Position numbers and translations under genes: made by a program
Shown: positions 1-13,500 of the stretch, in pieces
Position numbering within the stretch: position 1 is the first letter of the stretch
How the letters are laid out: the number at the start of each line of letters is the position of its first letter
Assembly (NCBI GenBank): GCA_964016885.1
Contig: OZ024743.1
Coordinates: forward strand, 186,806,001 to 186,870,000
DNA from: Eledone cirrhosa
Lineage: Eukaryota
Direction: 5' to 3'
Length of the DNA: 64,000 nt
Notes under the pieces: generated by a model
The model's database searches: none
What the model was told of the DNA's origin: nothing
The model's input: only the letters and a program-made list of their open reading frames with translations

Positions 1-1324
1 TTGAAAGTAGTATTATAATATAAAATAGTTATAAACAATTATTATTTGTTTTTGCAGAAGTTTCTTTCTGTAACATGTAAAATAGATTCACAGAATATCT
101 AGAAGAGGGCACATATAACAAATTTGATCTTAATTCGTGAGACTACAAAGATGAGACACATATAACAAGATGATTAGATTATAATAAGTATATAATAAAA
201 TTAAATCGTTATCTAAAGGCCATGGTTCTTATTTAGCAATTTCATTTTTTTGTAGATAATGACAAGTAGTATTAAAAAAAATCTAATTTAAACATATATC
301 TTATGTTCAGAAATCAATGAAGATTTCATCAATTATGAGAACTAAACGTAACCGCCAAAAACAGAAGTAATAAAAAAAGAAAGCAAAAATGTTAGCTCTC
401 AAATTTGTATAAGATAATATTCCAACTTATAAACTATTGATTTCTATTGGAAAATATATGTTACAATAGTTTGTATGTTACAATGGTTTGGGGAATGAGC
501 AGTTGATATGGCTCAAGTATCAATTTGATACAAAAAGAATTCAGTAATATTCATTATTGAATAGCAGATGCTTGTTTAATAATCTGTAATGGCCTGAATG
601 GGGGTTGGGAGTGTAATCGAAGAGTTTCCTTGCAAACTGAAGAGTCCATTTAATGGTTGGATCTAATAATATTGCAAAAATCATTTATTGCTTTTCTGAT
701 AAGAGAATTGTCAGTACTGTTGCCCGAACATTCTACAATACCTAAAATAAGTATAGTATACAGATAATTAGGTTGTTGCAAATGGTAGCAATGAAAAGCA
801 ATCACTTCTTCAGATTTCCCCAGATGATTTGGAAATGGAAATGAGTATGATAGGAATGGTATTATTTGCTTGTTATTTTTATATCCTAAAGGATTTCCTA
901 GATGTATGAAATACAGAAATGTCATGTTAAAGGAAATGAGCATAGGATATCTATTTCAAGATTTATTGACTCTACTTCGCTTTTGTATATAACTTTAAAA
1001 CTAGAAGTAGAAGAGTATGGTTAACTTTAGTCTATTATATGAAATACAAATGATGATACAATTATGGCATCTCACCCTTATGTACCATATCTGCAGTTCT
1101 TATATTTTTCCTTTTTTAAACTAATGCAAAAAGGCTTTCAAGATGACGTTCTTGAATTAATAGTGATACATGTTATATTTCAGTACAATTACTTATAAGT
1201 ATATATACACATAAGATACATATATTGATTGGTAGATTGATCGATTATATTTACTAACTCTGAGCAGAATTATTGAAGTACCTTAGTTTTGCTTTGTATA
1301 CATAAGATGATATTCATGATTAAT

Positions 1325-2612
1325 GATAATCATCATCATTTTTACATCCACTTTTCCATGTTTGCATGGGAGGGACAAGCGTTCTTCTATATCACATCTA
1401 ACCACTTATTCCATTCATTTGTATTGAGGTTCAACCCCCTGAGTTCAAATTCTCCACATTTGCAATATCTTCTTCATCCACAAGATCACCTAACACTTCT
1501 TTACCCATCTATCATACATGGTCTCCCTTCTTGCACCCTGATTCCTTTCATATTGTCTCAAATTATCTGTACCACATTGTTCATATACAATAACATTATA
1601 CATCCAATGGAGAATGGTCACATCATTTCTTTCCAGCTTCTTCTCAATCCACTGTTTCTAATGGCCATATCTTGCTAACATGTAATTTTACACTTCATAT
1701 ACAAGCATCATAGAATCTACCCTTCACTTGAAAAAGAGTCTCTTTATTGCCAGTAGAAGTAATAGCACCTTGAATTTTCTTCCCTTTGTTTTTATTCACC
1801 ATACCCTCCTCCATTGCTAATTGAGATGCTTAAGTAACAGAAGCCATCAATTATTTCTATGGAGCCTCCTGGGTATTGGAAGGAATATATTTTACTTATG
1901 CTCTGAATGCTAACTACTCAAGTACATCTGCTACATACAATGTCCTTTTTCTCTTTTACGCTGTCTATTATCCCACTATATCTCTTGTGCAGCCATAGAT
2001 TACATTGGGAACACACTATAGAGTTCCTATCTACTCTTTTCCTGCATATCACACACAACCATTTCTTTGATGTTAGCATGGTCCTGTCTTCTTTTTTTAT
2101 ATACTAAAGTATTAGTCTGCTAAAATTAGCCACCTTGATGGCATTCAATTATAGTTTTAGTTTCTGAGTATGAAATTCTTCCTAAAATGTTCTGCAGATT
2201 TAGCTATAAATATTAGATCACCAGCATACAGGAGCATTAACCCTCCCCCCCTTGGAGAACTCTAATAAACAGGAGAAAGCAGAAAACAAAGCCTTAGTGA
2301 ACACTCACCAGCACATTGAATTCTTCACTGAACTCATTGCCAACTCTCACTTGGCTGATGACACCTTATACCATGCTCACAAGCCATTCATCTACAGTGA
2401 GTATTTTTAAATCTCTCAGTTTACAGAGTATGATATTATATCAAAAGTTTTCTCCAGGTCTAAAAATGCTAAATATAGTGGCTTATTCTTAGCTGAAAAG
2501 TTATTTTTCAGTTGTCTCTCTAAGAAGACATCAATGGTACACCATCCTAACACAAACCCAGACTGCATCTCATTTAAGCTAATTCACATTCTAGTTGTTG
2601 TTTTTTCAGCAT
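1325..2612 (-). mobile_element. Decayed RTE (PHD-type) copy
   Basis: (CAT)n tail at ~1330. Collinear nucleotide similarity to 16961-18370, e.g. tagtggcttattctt and ctgcatctcatttaag. Many stops. Confidence 0.8.
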
Positions 2613-5584
2613 CATGTCAGCCTTGATTGAGCAATTATATGATCAACACCATCAACAACACATCCTTTATTTGGGCATTGTATATTTCAGTTTAGATTAT
2701 TTACTGGGTCCTCTTATTTTATTGAAGATACTTGAGTGTGATTTGTGGGAAATTTGGTTGTTATGTCTACTAGATGGAAGGTCAATGAATAGGCTTCCTC
2801 TTTGGTTGGATATTTATTATAGTTGTGTTATATTATGTTTGTACTTAACTTTAAAACTAGTATTATGTATGTATGGACTCATAAATCCTGGTGGAGTCAT
2901 ATTGGCATTTTAAACAAGGTGGAACCCAGCCTTCTTCAGATCTAAACACAGCTGATTTCTTCCAGAGAAGGAGAGAGTGATAGAGAGGAATTGAGAAAGA
3001 GATATAGAGGAAGAAATGACATCAGTACTAGACTAGTACTTCATTTATTGACCTCTAAAAGATGAAAAGGTAAGTTGATCATGCATGATTTGAACTCAGA
3101 ATGCAGAGAGCCAGAGTGAATACCACAAATTATTTCATCCAACATTCTAGCAGCTCTGTCAATTCACCATCTTACTACACCAGTATGTGCACAACATATT
3201 ATAGAGTACATATCAAGGTGAATAACCAGCATCCTACTACAGACATTGTCTAATTCTGTTAATGGAGCAAAGCTGTAGCTAAGCAGTAAACAGCATGTGG
3301 CTAAAAGAGAATTCTAGATTGTTGCTGATGAACCCCAGGCCAGCCTTGATCCAACAAACCTGTGATGAATCAATATTACAGTATAGACCATCTACTGTTT
3401 CTTTTTATATCAGAGACTACATTGTCTAATATATTCGTCTTTACTTAAGATGGTAAGTTTGGGTTTGAATGAGATTTGGCTACTATTTCTACTTGTTATT
3501 GAGTAGAAGGTCTCTTATTTACTCATAGAATGGTAGATAAAATACCTACATATTAAATATAAAATAATAAGAAAAAGAAAGTAGTATAAGGGCCTTTAGA
3601 AGGAAGAAAGAAATTGTTTTAGTCAACCAGGGATGGGTTCCTCCAACAGAAGAGAGAAGGCCCTTGATTGGGTGGATTGGACTATATGTTATGCAAAAGA
3701 GTATTATCTTTAAAGTCTGGCAAGAAGCATTATCAAAAGCTGCAACAAGGAAAATGCATTGGCGACAGAAGAAAGAGAACATCTTCTGAAACAATTTCAA
3801 ACTTGGAATGATGAGCAAGAGTTAAAAAGGCCTAAATGTTAATACAGTAAAGATGAAAGCTACTTAGCAATGATTAACCTTTTCTGATTAGAGTTATAAA
3901 TCAATAGGCAGTGATCATTATTCTATCGACTTTTAAGGGTGTTTAAGGCAGCAAATTGGTAGCTAGTAAAGCATCGTATATAATGCCTTGCAGTGTTCAT
4001 TCTGCTTCTCTGCACTCTAGGTTCAAATCCTGCAAAGTTAACTTTGCCTTTCATCCTTTTGAGATTGATAGATAAAGTACTAGTCAATTACTGGGGTAAC
4101 ATTTTCTCCCTATCTCGTTCTCCTAAGAAGAAATCAATTGAGGTCAGATCTAGTAAGGGATGGGCTCTGCCAGGTTTAAAATGCATCCTTATGACACCAA
4201 CAGGAGTCGAGGGTTCAATGAGAATAGTAAGTTATATAAATAAAATTTAGAATTGAACTGAATTGCAGGGTGTGTTAGGAATGCTTGCCAATCTTATTAT
4301 CATAATAATATATGAAGTAAGTATTAAAGACATTATTAAATAATTTATAGTATATAGTTGATGAATTTAAGAAGAAAATGATATTTAGCAGTACATATAT
4401 GAAAGCAGCTGTATTTTTGTGGAATATTTAAAACTATTTACAACACATTAAATATTTTCTATAGATGAAATATATTGGCTGCTGTGATATAATTCAATGG
4501 CAAATAGAATCATATTTAAGCTAATTGATAGAGTTAGACAAAAATGTGGGAAATGGACGTTAAATGATGATGATGATGATGATGATATACAAGTGTAAAT
4601 AGCCATGAAATCTGATGATGGATTGGTTAAGTGATATGGATGAATTACAAACAAAAAATTACTATCTGAATTAGTTCTATAAATTGAGTCTATTAACTTA
4701 TACAACTATCAAAGAGATATATCCTTCTATTTTACACATGGTTTAGTAACTCCATGAATTTTCACAAAGCTATGAAACCAAATTATGACAGTGGTCAATT
4801 ATTGCATAGACTATGTGTGTATGTGTGTGCATACATACATGTATGTATATGTGTGTGTGTATGTGTGTAGGATAAAGTATATATAAATATGTATATAAGA
4901 TCCCCATCATCTTATGTGAAAACATATGTATGTATATATTATGTGTGTGTATATAGGATAAGGTGTGTATATATATATATATGTATACATGTGTGTGAGT
5001 GTTTAAAAAATAAAAGTAAACATTTATTAACTGCGTTAGCTACCTAGCTACCAAATAAATGAATGAATAACTGAAACTTATTTGTTTCAAATAGCACACT
5101 TATGATTGCTATGAAACTCATGCTTCTGCATACATTTCTTAAGCATTTTATTTTCATAGTTCACTAGAGCAGAATATCTTCTATGTTTTCAGTGATCTTT
5201 CTAATACAATTTGCCAGTCATGTATTACAACAATTGCCCACTCAGCTATGACTGTTTACATATTCAGAAACATTCCATGAGTAACATTCAAGACAATCAT
5301 TTACTGATTTACCAGCATTGAATAAAATCAATTGAAAAGGGTAATCTGAAAGAAAGAGGAAATAAAGAGAGAGGGAAGATGAAAAGAAGAGAGAAAGGAA
5401 AGCTTTTTTTTTTTACTTTTAGCAAATGATCTACAAGTTAGTCAAATAATAGATAGTATCTTTAGTTTGGAAATTTTACATTTCATAGAATTGCATTCGT
5501 CACATTCTCCTATCTACACCTTAATTTATGAAATTAAAACAATGAAAGGCCAATAATGTCAGTTGATTAACTTGTTGTGTTAGT

Positions 5585-5981
5585 AATGATTTCTGATTCA
5601 GGCACAAGACCAGCAATTCTGGGAAAGGGGAAGTTGACTACATCATCTCCAGTACTTAACTGATACTTATATTATCCACCTTGGAAGGATGTAATTAAAG
5701 TTGACTTTGACAGGATTTCAACTCAGAACATAAAATGTCAAACTTAAATTGCACAAAGCATTTTGTTTGATGCCAATACTGCCTGTGTTGTGCTAATAAT
5801 GATTTCTGATTTAGGCAGGAGATGTCAATTAAATCAACCCCAGTGACTTACTGGTACATTATTTTATCGACCCCAATAAAGATGAAAGGCAAAGCTCACC
5901 TCGGTGGAATTTGAAGTCAGAATGTAAAGTGCTGTAACTATATGCCACAAAGCTCTACTGATACTGCCAATTCCCTGCCCT
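5585..5981 (-). mobile_element. Two older SINE A-related copies in tandem
   Basis: B box and central block in each copy. TTGTTGTGTTAGTAA-like repeat at 5572, ~5786 and 5982. Confidence 0.8.
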
Positions 5982-8260
5982 TTGTTGTGTTAGTAACGCA
6001 AATGTAGGTTCAATCGCAATATTTTTCTACTTTTAATCTTTTTTCTTTTTTTTCTCTTATTATCTTAGTACACATATTTAAGTTATGAAATTGAGTTCCA
6101 CTTAGATTGACTATATCTTTATTATACAAACATAAAGGATTTGAAATATCTTTATTTTGAACATTAAATTCAATATAGTATGAGTTAAATCACTAGTTAA
6201 CAATTTCATTATCTTTCATTTATATTAAGAAATCATTGAATGGGCCATGAAAGCATATATAAAAGAAAAGTTTTGACTTTTAGTCAAATGTTTTTCTTAG
6301 TCTATACAACTTATCACATATGACTCCACATCATCCTATTATCCACTGACTTCAAAAAGTGACCTAACTCCACACACCTAGAACCTTATTTATATATTAA
6401 CTGATCAAACTACTGAAATGCCCTTGAAGAAGTTTGTGAAATAATAAGCTGAAATCACAGGGGGTTATGGTCAGGATTTTACTTCATCAATGTGTGCATT
6501 CTGTAACTGGACTTTACTGAAGTATCACCTTTTGCATCTTTCTGAACACCGAGAAATGAAGTAAAATCAACTTCAGGAAACTGAGTACCTACAAAGCTAT
6601 ACGCTTGTTTGCCATGTATTTTATACAACATATTGTGGGCTTAATTATATGTTTTATAATTAATTATATGTTTTATAATTATATATATATATAATTAGCT
6701 AATAATTAATAATAATTAATTATATGTCTTATGAGATAGAAGAAACGTGCATTAAATAAAATAAAATGTAAATAATAGTCTTTGATCTTCTTTTCAATGT
6801 GTGTATATATATATATATGTATGCATATTTATGTAAGTTGATATTTGAGAATTAAAAAAATTGATTTTATTTCCTTATAGTTTCATCTGATTATCCTTAT
6901 TTGGTTTTTATTTCATAAAAAATAACAAAATGCATTATCTAGTAAAACTAGAAATATATGTGAAGAGTTATGGACAAATAAAGTATCTTCTGTTCATAAA
7001 AATCTCTGATTCAGTCAGATTGATCTATAGGCAATTTCCAAGTAGAGATTGACTCTAAATATATGAGCTTGAATGAGAGATTTCTGAATATCTTACTGAA
7101 ACACAATGTTGAGCTGTTAAGCCATTCCACTGGATATATAATCAAATAAATATTTTTGGAAAATGAAGTCACAGATAAGGAAAAATTTCCAGATTGATGT
7201 TTCAAGACATATTACAGACGATTCTGAATAAATAACAATTCCCAGAATAAACTGAATATTATTATTTCAGACATAATTGTTATTCAATTTCATATTTTCT
7301 ATATATTTTGCTTTATTGGCTAGATAATAATGTCTGTGAATAACTTACCAAATATTCAATTCATAAGAAAAGATATGAGCTATCTATGAAAACACAGAGT
7401 AGTAAGATTTATTAGACTAGTGAGGAATTTTGTAGCCATAGACACGAAAATTTGATTTTTCTCTATTTGACTTTTATAAATATTGAAATAATTTTAAGAT
7501 ATAAAACTAATGAAGATAAAATACATATTTATATTCTTTAATGAATGTCAGAAAGCGATTGATGTTTTTAAAACAACTAAAGGAATTACTGATTTAGAAT
7601 TCACTTACTATTAAAATAGTAGTAAGAGTAAATGAGTAATCTAATATGATATTAAGATGCAAAAAAATCGAAACAATCTGCTTAAAAAGATAAAAGAGAA
7701 AACAAAAAGATAGACATAACTATAAAGTACTTAGAAACATATGAAGCCAGAAATTTGTTGGGTGGTTAGTCAAATAAATTTCCTCTAATCTTGATTAATA
7801 ATTTATTTTATTAATTGCAAAATGATGAAAGGCAAAATTCATCTCAGTGGGATTTGAACTAAGAAAATCAAGAGCTGGAACAAATATAAATGGCAAGAGG
7901 AGTTTTATTGTATTTTCTAACATTTGTGCTAGTTTACCACTCTAGTACTCTAGCACAAAGGTTAGTGATAAATATAAAACAAATTCTGTCCCTAACCAGA
8001 AACTATATTCAATTAATGCCATAATTAAGGTTGGGAAGGAGCATAAGTGAAGGACATTGAAATGTATTAGGTATATATTCTAGGAGCAGTGCAATAGTTT
8101 ACACATGTATTGAGCATAAAAATTAAAGCATATATAATATATATATATGTATATATGTATCTAGGGATTGTAATGTCTAGTTACGGTAGGCTCACCAGAG
8201 TGAGCACTCAATGTGTAGTTTCCAGTAAGTAGAGAGGTGTAGTATTAAGCAGAGTATAAT

Positions 8261-8449
8261 AATTGTGTCTACTTTTGGCACAAGGCCAGCAATTATCCCA
8301 GTGTATTACTGGTACTTTATTTTATCGACCCCATAAGGATGAAAGGCAAAGTTAACCTCGGTGGGATTTGAACTCAGATCATAAAGGGCCATAACTCTTT
8401 GCTGCAAAGCATGGTGTTCGACCCTCTACCGATACTGCCAATCCACCGC
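8261..8449 (-). mobile_element. tRNA-derived SINE family A, full length
   Basis: A box TGGCAGTATCGG, B box GAGTTCAAATCCC, central GCCTTTCATCCTTAxGGGGTCGATAAAA block, tail GGCCTTGTGCCAAAAGTAGA. TSD AGTATAATAAT at 8253-8263 and 8450-8460. Confidence 0.9.
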
Positions 8450-11400
8450 AGTATAATAATAATAAAAATAACGATTTGTTAAATCTACATTACGTTTATT
8501 GAGTAGTGATGTGCATTTCACTATTGATCAGTGGTCTGACAAGCTTTTGAATCCAGAGTCGGGAGATTGATACAGATCAAACATTCAGCTGGTCAATAGC
8601 GAAATCATAACAAATCATCCTTTTTATTATTATTATTTTGTATATATGTTTGTATATATATATATATGCATACATATATATATATAAGTAAATATATTTT
8701 TGACCAATAACCTCTTGATGCAAGTTTGCTGCTAAATTATATATATATATACATATGATGTGTATATCATCATCATTATCATCGTCATTTCAAAGTCTGC
8801 TTTCTCTGCTTGCAAGGGTTGGATGGGTTTACATAGACCAAGTCATTACTGAAGCAGAGCCACAGATCTCCCAGACAGGTCAGGGATCTGTTAGTCACTT
8901 ATGTACAGTCTCATGTTCCACCAAGTGCACAATTGACACAATTGAGGGTCCTCCAAACTCTTTGTTTGGCAAGATCTCTTCAACTGGATGCCCTTTCTAT
9001 CACCAACCATTTTAGAGCATGCACCGAGTACTTTTATATGTAGATCATCAACACTAGTGAGGTTGTTATGTCTTTGACATGATTGAGGGGTCATCCCAGC
9101 CCTTTATTTGGCAGGCTTTCTATGGCTGGATGCCCTTCCTATCACCAAACTCATTACAGTATTTATCGGATTCATTTATTCATGCAGTTTACCAAACTAT
9201 CGGGAGGCTCTCATTATATATATATATATACACACATACATACAACCTTTTCCCCACTCTCATTCTCATTCTTATCTTGACATCATTACCAGTACAAAGA
9301 GATTATCTTACATATATATATGCATCCTGATAAAGATAAAACACCATGAGATCAAGTACTCCCAAATTAATATTTACTTACACAAATATAATGTGATTAA
9401 AAAATAAACAAAAAGTACAAGTAGAAATAAATTAACTATTATCTGATTTCTAGTTAACAGAACATAACCTTGCATAGAAGCTGAACATACTTGGAAAACA
9501 GTGCAATAAAATTGTTAGAAAATATAAAGAAAAGTACAGCAGTTCCAATTATTGGCATCAGTTCATTAAATGCCAATTCTCTGTCACATGTATGGTATGT
9601 TTAGGTGACAGTAAAACATACTATATTCATTGTATATAATAGTATTGCAAAATAAGCTCAGATAAATATAAAATTCTAAATGGAACTGTGGATCACACAG
9701 TACAATAAAGATGCATCTAGAATTAATTGTTTTTCTGATACATTGTGAAGACATAGAAATACTAACATAACCAATATATTTCTGATTCGTATTAGTGAAT
9801 AAAATACAACATAAATACTGTCAGATATATTTTTATAACACATTTGCTAAAAGCAAGTTAAAAATTGAAAATGATAAATAGTTTGAAGAATACAAGAAAG
9901 AACATTTTCTTATATTATTAGACAAAATTATTTTGAGAATGAAAATATAAGTGATTAAGCAGAGATCTTCAGCTAAAAATGTCATTTACTGTAAGAGTAA
10001 TATATAGTATAAGGAAAAGGCTTTTTATGTTTACTTGATACTATAAAATAAACATTTTTTCATTTAAACCTTAAATAAAATCATTCCCTGAAATTGTATG
10101 TATCTAAAAATGTATATAATTGAATTACCTCTTAGTCCAAAGAGCATTTAACTAACAAGACCAGTGGAAAGTTTGTCTTTTCTATTTTGTTCTATTTTAA
10201 TGCATAAACTTATAGATTTTCACAACTTTGTTTCATTATGTTAAAGAGTCAGATTATGTCTCCAATTTTGTCCCATAGTTAAGATTATTTAAAGTGTAAT
10301 TCTTGCAAGGCAAATATTATGACAAACAATAAGAATATAGACATTTTAGTTATTTTCTTAAAGTTATATTTGATAAAATAATAAAAATATTTCTTTGTTA
10401 ATAAGTAGGGGGGCATGTGAAATTTGAAATTGTGAGAATCACAAGCATAGAAAATAACTAATAAAATTCAATTGCTATAGCTGAGAAAATTGGGTAAATT
10501 ACCCTTAGAAATGGAAAAAAGTGGGCAGAAACATTTTAACTGAACGCTCTGTACTACATTAGCAAGATTCTTGAAAAGTACAAAGCAGCACAAATGTGTA
10601 TCACATTACAAAATGCAGTCCTTGCTCAAATACTATAAAATTTCACAATGATCTGTCCATTAGTAAACATACAATAAAGATTTAAATTAACAATCATATT
10701 TTAAAATATTTTCTGCTAAATCATTACAGGCTTCTAAGAATAGATCCTTCAAAATACTACAATTCATAGTTCTGAGCTTTGCACTATGAAAGTTCTGTTT
10801 GGACTAAATATTGCTTATGGCAGTATTTAAAGACAGCATTTTATTATCACAAAAGGATAAAAATACAAATATATGATTAATATGTAAATGAAGCACAAAC
10901 AGTTTTAGGTACCTTTAGTATTAAACAAATAGGACACTATTATATTTCCTCATTTAAAGTTGAAGGTTGTTTTGCTTTGAAGTCATTATAGTTTCATAGG
11001 AATTATAAATTAAAATTTCTTTATACAAAATGAAGATTGTTTTAAAATGATGTTAAATCTTTCTATGTACTTATGATAGATCAAACAGATCATAAAATAA
11101 TAAAGTGGATAGCAAATTTCCTCAATTGAAAATCTGTACCATAACTTTTCATAAACTCTTCAATAAACTACATAAAACTATGTCATATTATTCTTTAAGA
11201 TTTACACCAGAATCAAATAATGACATCTCTGAATACCACAAGATTGTTAAATATTATATTTCCAAAGAATAACGCATGACTGGGAAAAATTTATAAAAAA
11301 ACTATTGTGTTGTTTTCACTAAATACTTTACAGCTGATTACATAGATGATAGCACGTTACCCATGACAAGATGGGTTTAAAAGAAAAATATTGATTCTGA

Positions 11401-12330
11401 AAATGTTCTTCTGCAAGAGTAATTTCATATTAGTATGTTGCAGACAAGAGAGGGTAAAGAGGCAAAAAGGATAGTGATACTACTAAAGTATTGCATGGTC
11501 AAGCAATTGAAACTGTGTTTCAAAAATTTAATATATGTTAATTACATGAAAAGCAAAACATTTAAATTGATACAAATTAATCAACTATGGACAACATTAT
11601 TTTGAGAAATAAAAAAATCAGTTATTCAAAGAGATGTGAACTAGACAGCTGAAATTGCATGAACATGGCAAGTAAAATGACAAAATTAATGAAAATGATA
11701 CCAATTAAACATTGTGATAGGAATTAATCAGTAAGCAGATTGAGAACTAAGCATTTAGATGATGTCTCAAGTGATTAAAGATATGTGAATTATCTAGAAT
11801 GATGAGACTGATTAAGTTGCTGTGATTTATACACTTATAATATTGAGAATTAAATGATTAGAATTAGCTAATTTGATGACAGGTAAATTGGGAAGTTATA
11901 TTTTAGGAAATTAGAATCAAAGAATTAAATTAGAAATTATTGTTTAGGATTAGGCAACTCTAAAGTTGATAATCCATTTTTCTAATGGAATTGGACAGCT
12001 AACATGTTGGGTGTGGAGGTTTCCCACCATAGTAATATATTTAATATATCTTTAATTTATTTGTTTTGATACATTAATTTATCTGGACAGTTTTATTTAA
12101 AAAACACCCCACAAAATGTCTACTAATTTTCAGATTCTTTTCATAAAAATAATCTTTTATTGCAGTGTAATTTCATTATATTTCTTTTAAAATGTTCAAC
12201 TTAACATATAAAAAGCATTTCATTGAGAGTTTAAGGATCTCCAAAAAATATATTTTTTAGGACATTAAAAACTAGATTTTCATGTTATTTACAGGTAATA
12301 GGTTTTGCTTGTGACCTCAGAAATATGAAT

Positions 12331-12492
12331 AATTGTTTCTACTTTAGGCACAAGGCCAGCAATCACCCAGTGCATTACTGGTACTTTATTTTATCGACCC
12401 CGTAAGGATGAAAGGCAAAGTCAACCTCGGCGGGATTTGAACTCAGATCATAAAGGGACGTAACTATGCTGGAAAGCATGGCGTCCGACCCT
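12331..12492 (-). mobile_element. SINE A, 5'-truncated
   Basis: 19-bp TSD CCTCAGAAATATGAATAAT at 12315-12333 and 12490-12508. Confidence 0.9.
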
Positions 12493-13279
12493 CAGAAATA
12501 TGAATAATGTTTAATGGTAAAGCTTTAAATAATTAATTTGTATATTGAAGGACATCCAGCCATAGAAAACTAGCCAGAAACAGTCCTATATAAGCAAGAC
12601 ATGGTCACCTGACCCAACTTGCCTCTAATGCTACCATGGAAAATGGATGATAAACGATGATGATGATAATGATAGTGATTTGTTAATTCAAATAATGCAT
12701 TCTATCTACAGCTATAATTGCTACTACTAGCGCTATAACTTCCATCAATAGTGTTGCAATTATAGTATTCCTGTCTCCCCTGCAATAATATTATGATTCT
12801 CTTCTCTAGCTTATGCATTTTAACTGTGTCTAGGTACACTTAATTTGATAAGAATCAGCTCAGTATTATAGACATTCTTATGGGATATATCATAAACAGT
12901 AAAAACTGCCCAAAGTTTAAGGTTTATACGTCTTCTACAATAAGAAACACCAACCCTTCAATCATTAAGATACAAGTCTTCTACATAAAAAAAACAATTG
13001 TACTCACAAAGTCACATCCTTATCATTTTCAATAAAATAAATTGCGGTCAATTTTGATGATAAGCCTTCCAGTTGTTTCCTCACTGAAATGAACCACTCA
13101 TTGAGTTAGCATGTAATATGTGGAGTATTCAACAAATATGTATACTATTAATGTAATTCTCAGGGAGAATCAGCATTACCATGTGACACGTCTGGTTTTT
13201 CAATTAGGTACAGTCCATCCAATTGGCTTCCAAACAATTTATATTTACCCAGTTTTACTCACATGAGTGATGCAGACAA

Positions 13280-13500
13280 CATTTTATATGGCAGAAGGCA
13301 GCAACTCATGGCCAGGAACAGCTATGCAATTTAAGGCACGAGGATTGAGCTTTCTGAGTGGTGCAGATGACTGGGAGTGTACAGCAGACCACCCAGAGTC
13401 AGCAAAACAACCCAAAGTCATCAGAAAGAATGGTTTGAAGCCAGATATCGTACTCCTTTCCAGTTCATCAAAACAGCTGATTTTGGTTGAACTTACCAAA
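13280..13500 (+). mobile_element. HERO/R2-group LINE RLE fragment
   Basis: ADDWECTAD.....P.VI...LKPDIVLLSSSSKQLILVELT resembles the DW...D....P.....LRPDIVLWS......IELT RLE motif of HERO-type elements. Confidence 0.65.

Noticed and set aside
600-960. Possible Penelope ORF remnants (also 33380-33740)
   Set aside because: Only a vague resemblance; no diagnostic GIY-YIG or RT motif is readable.
6420-6490. Mariner-like PD..PCDF motif on the minus strand
   Set aside because: Too short and frameshifted, and no TIRs were found.
8261-8449. tRNA genes (A and B boxes)
   Set aside because: These are SINE heads with a body, tail and TSDs; no complete cloverleaf.
12275-12300. Plus-strand AG|GT sites (ttttacag|gtaata; also gcatag|gtaaga at ~19965)
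   Set aside because: Weaker donor or pyrimidine tract and no downstream RS-exon donor; expected by chance in AT-rich DNA.
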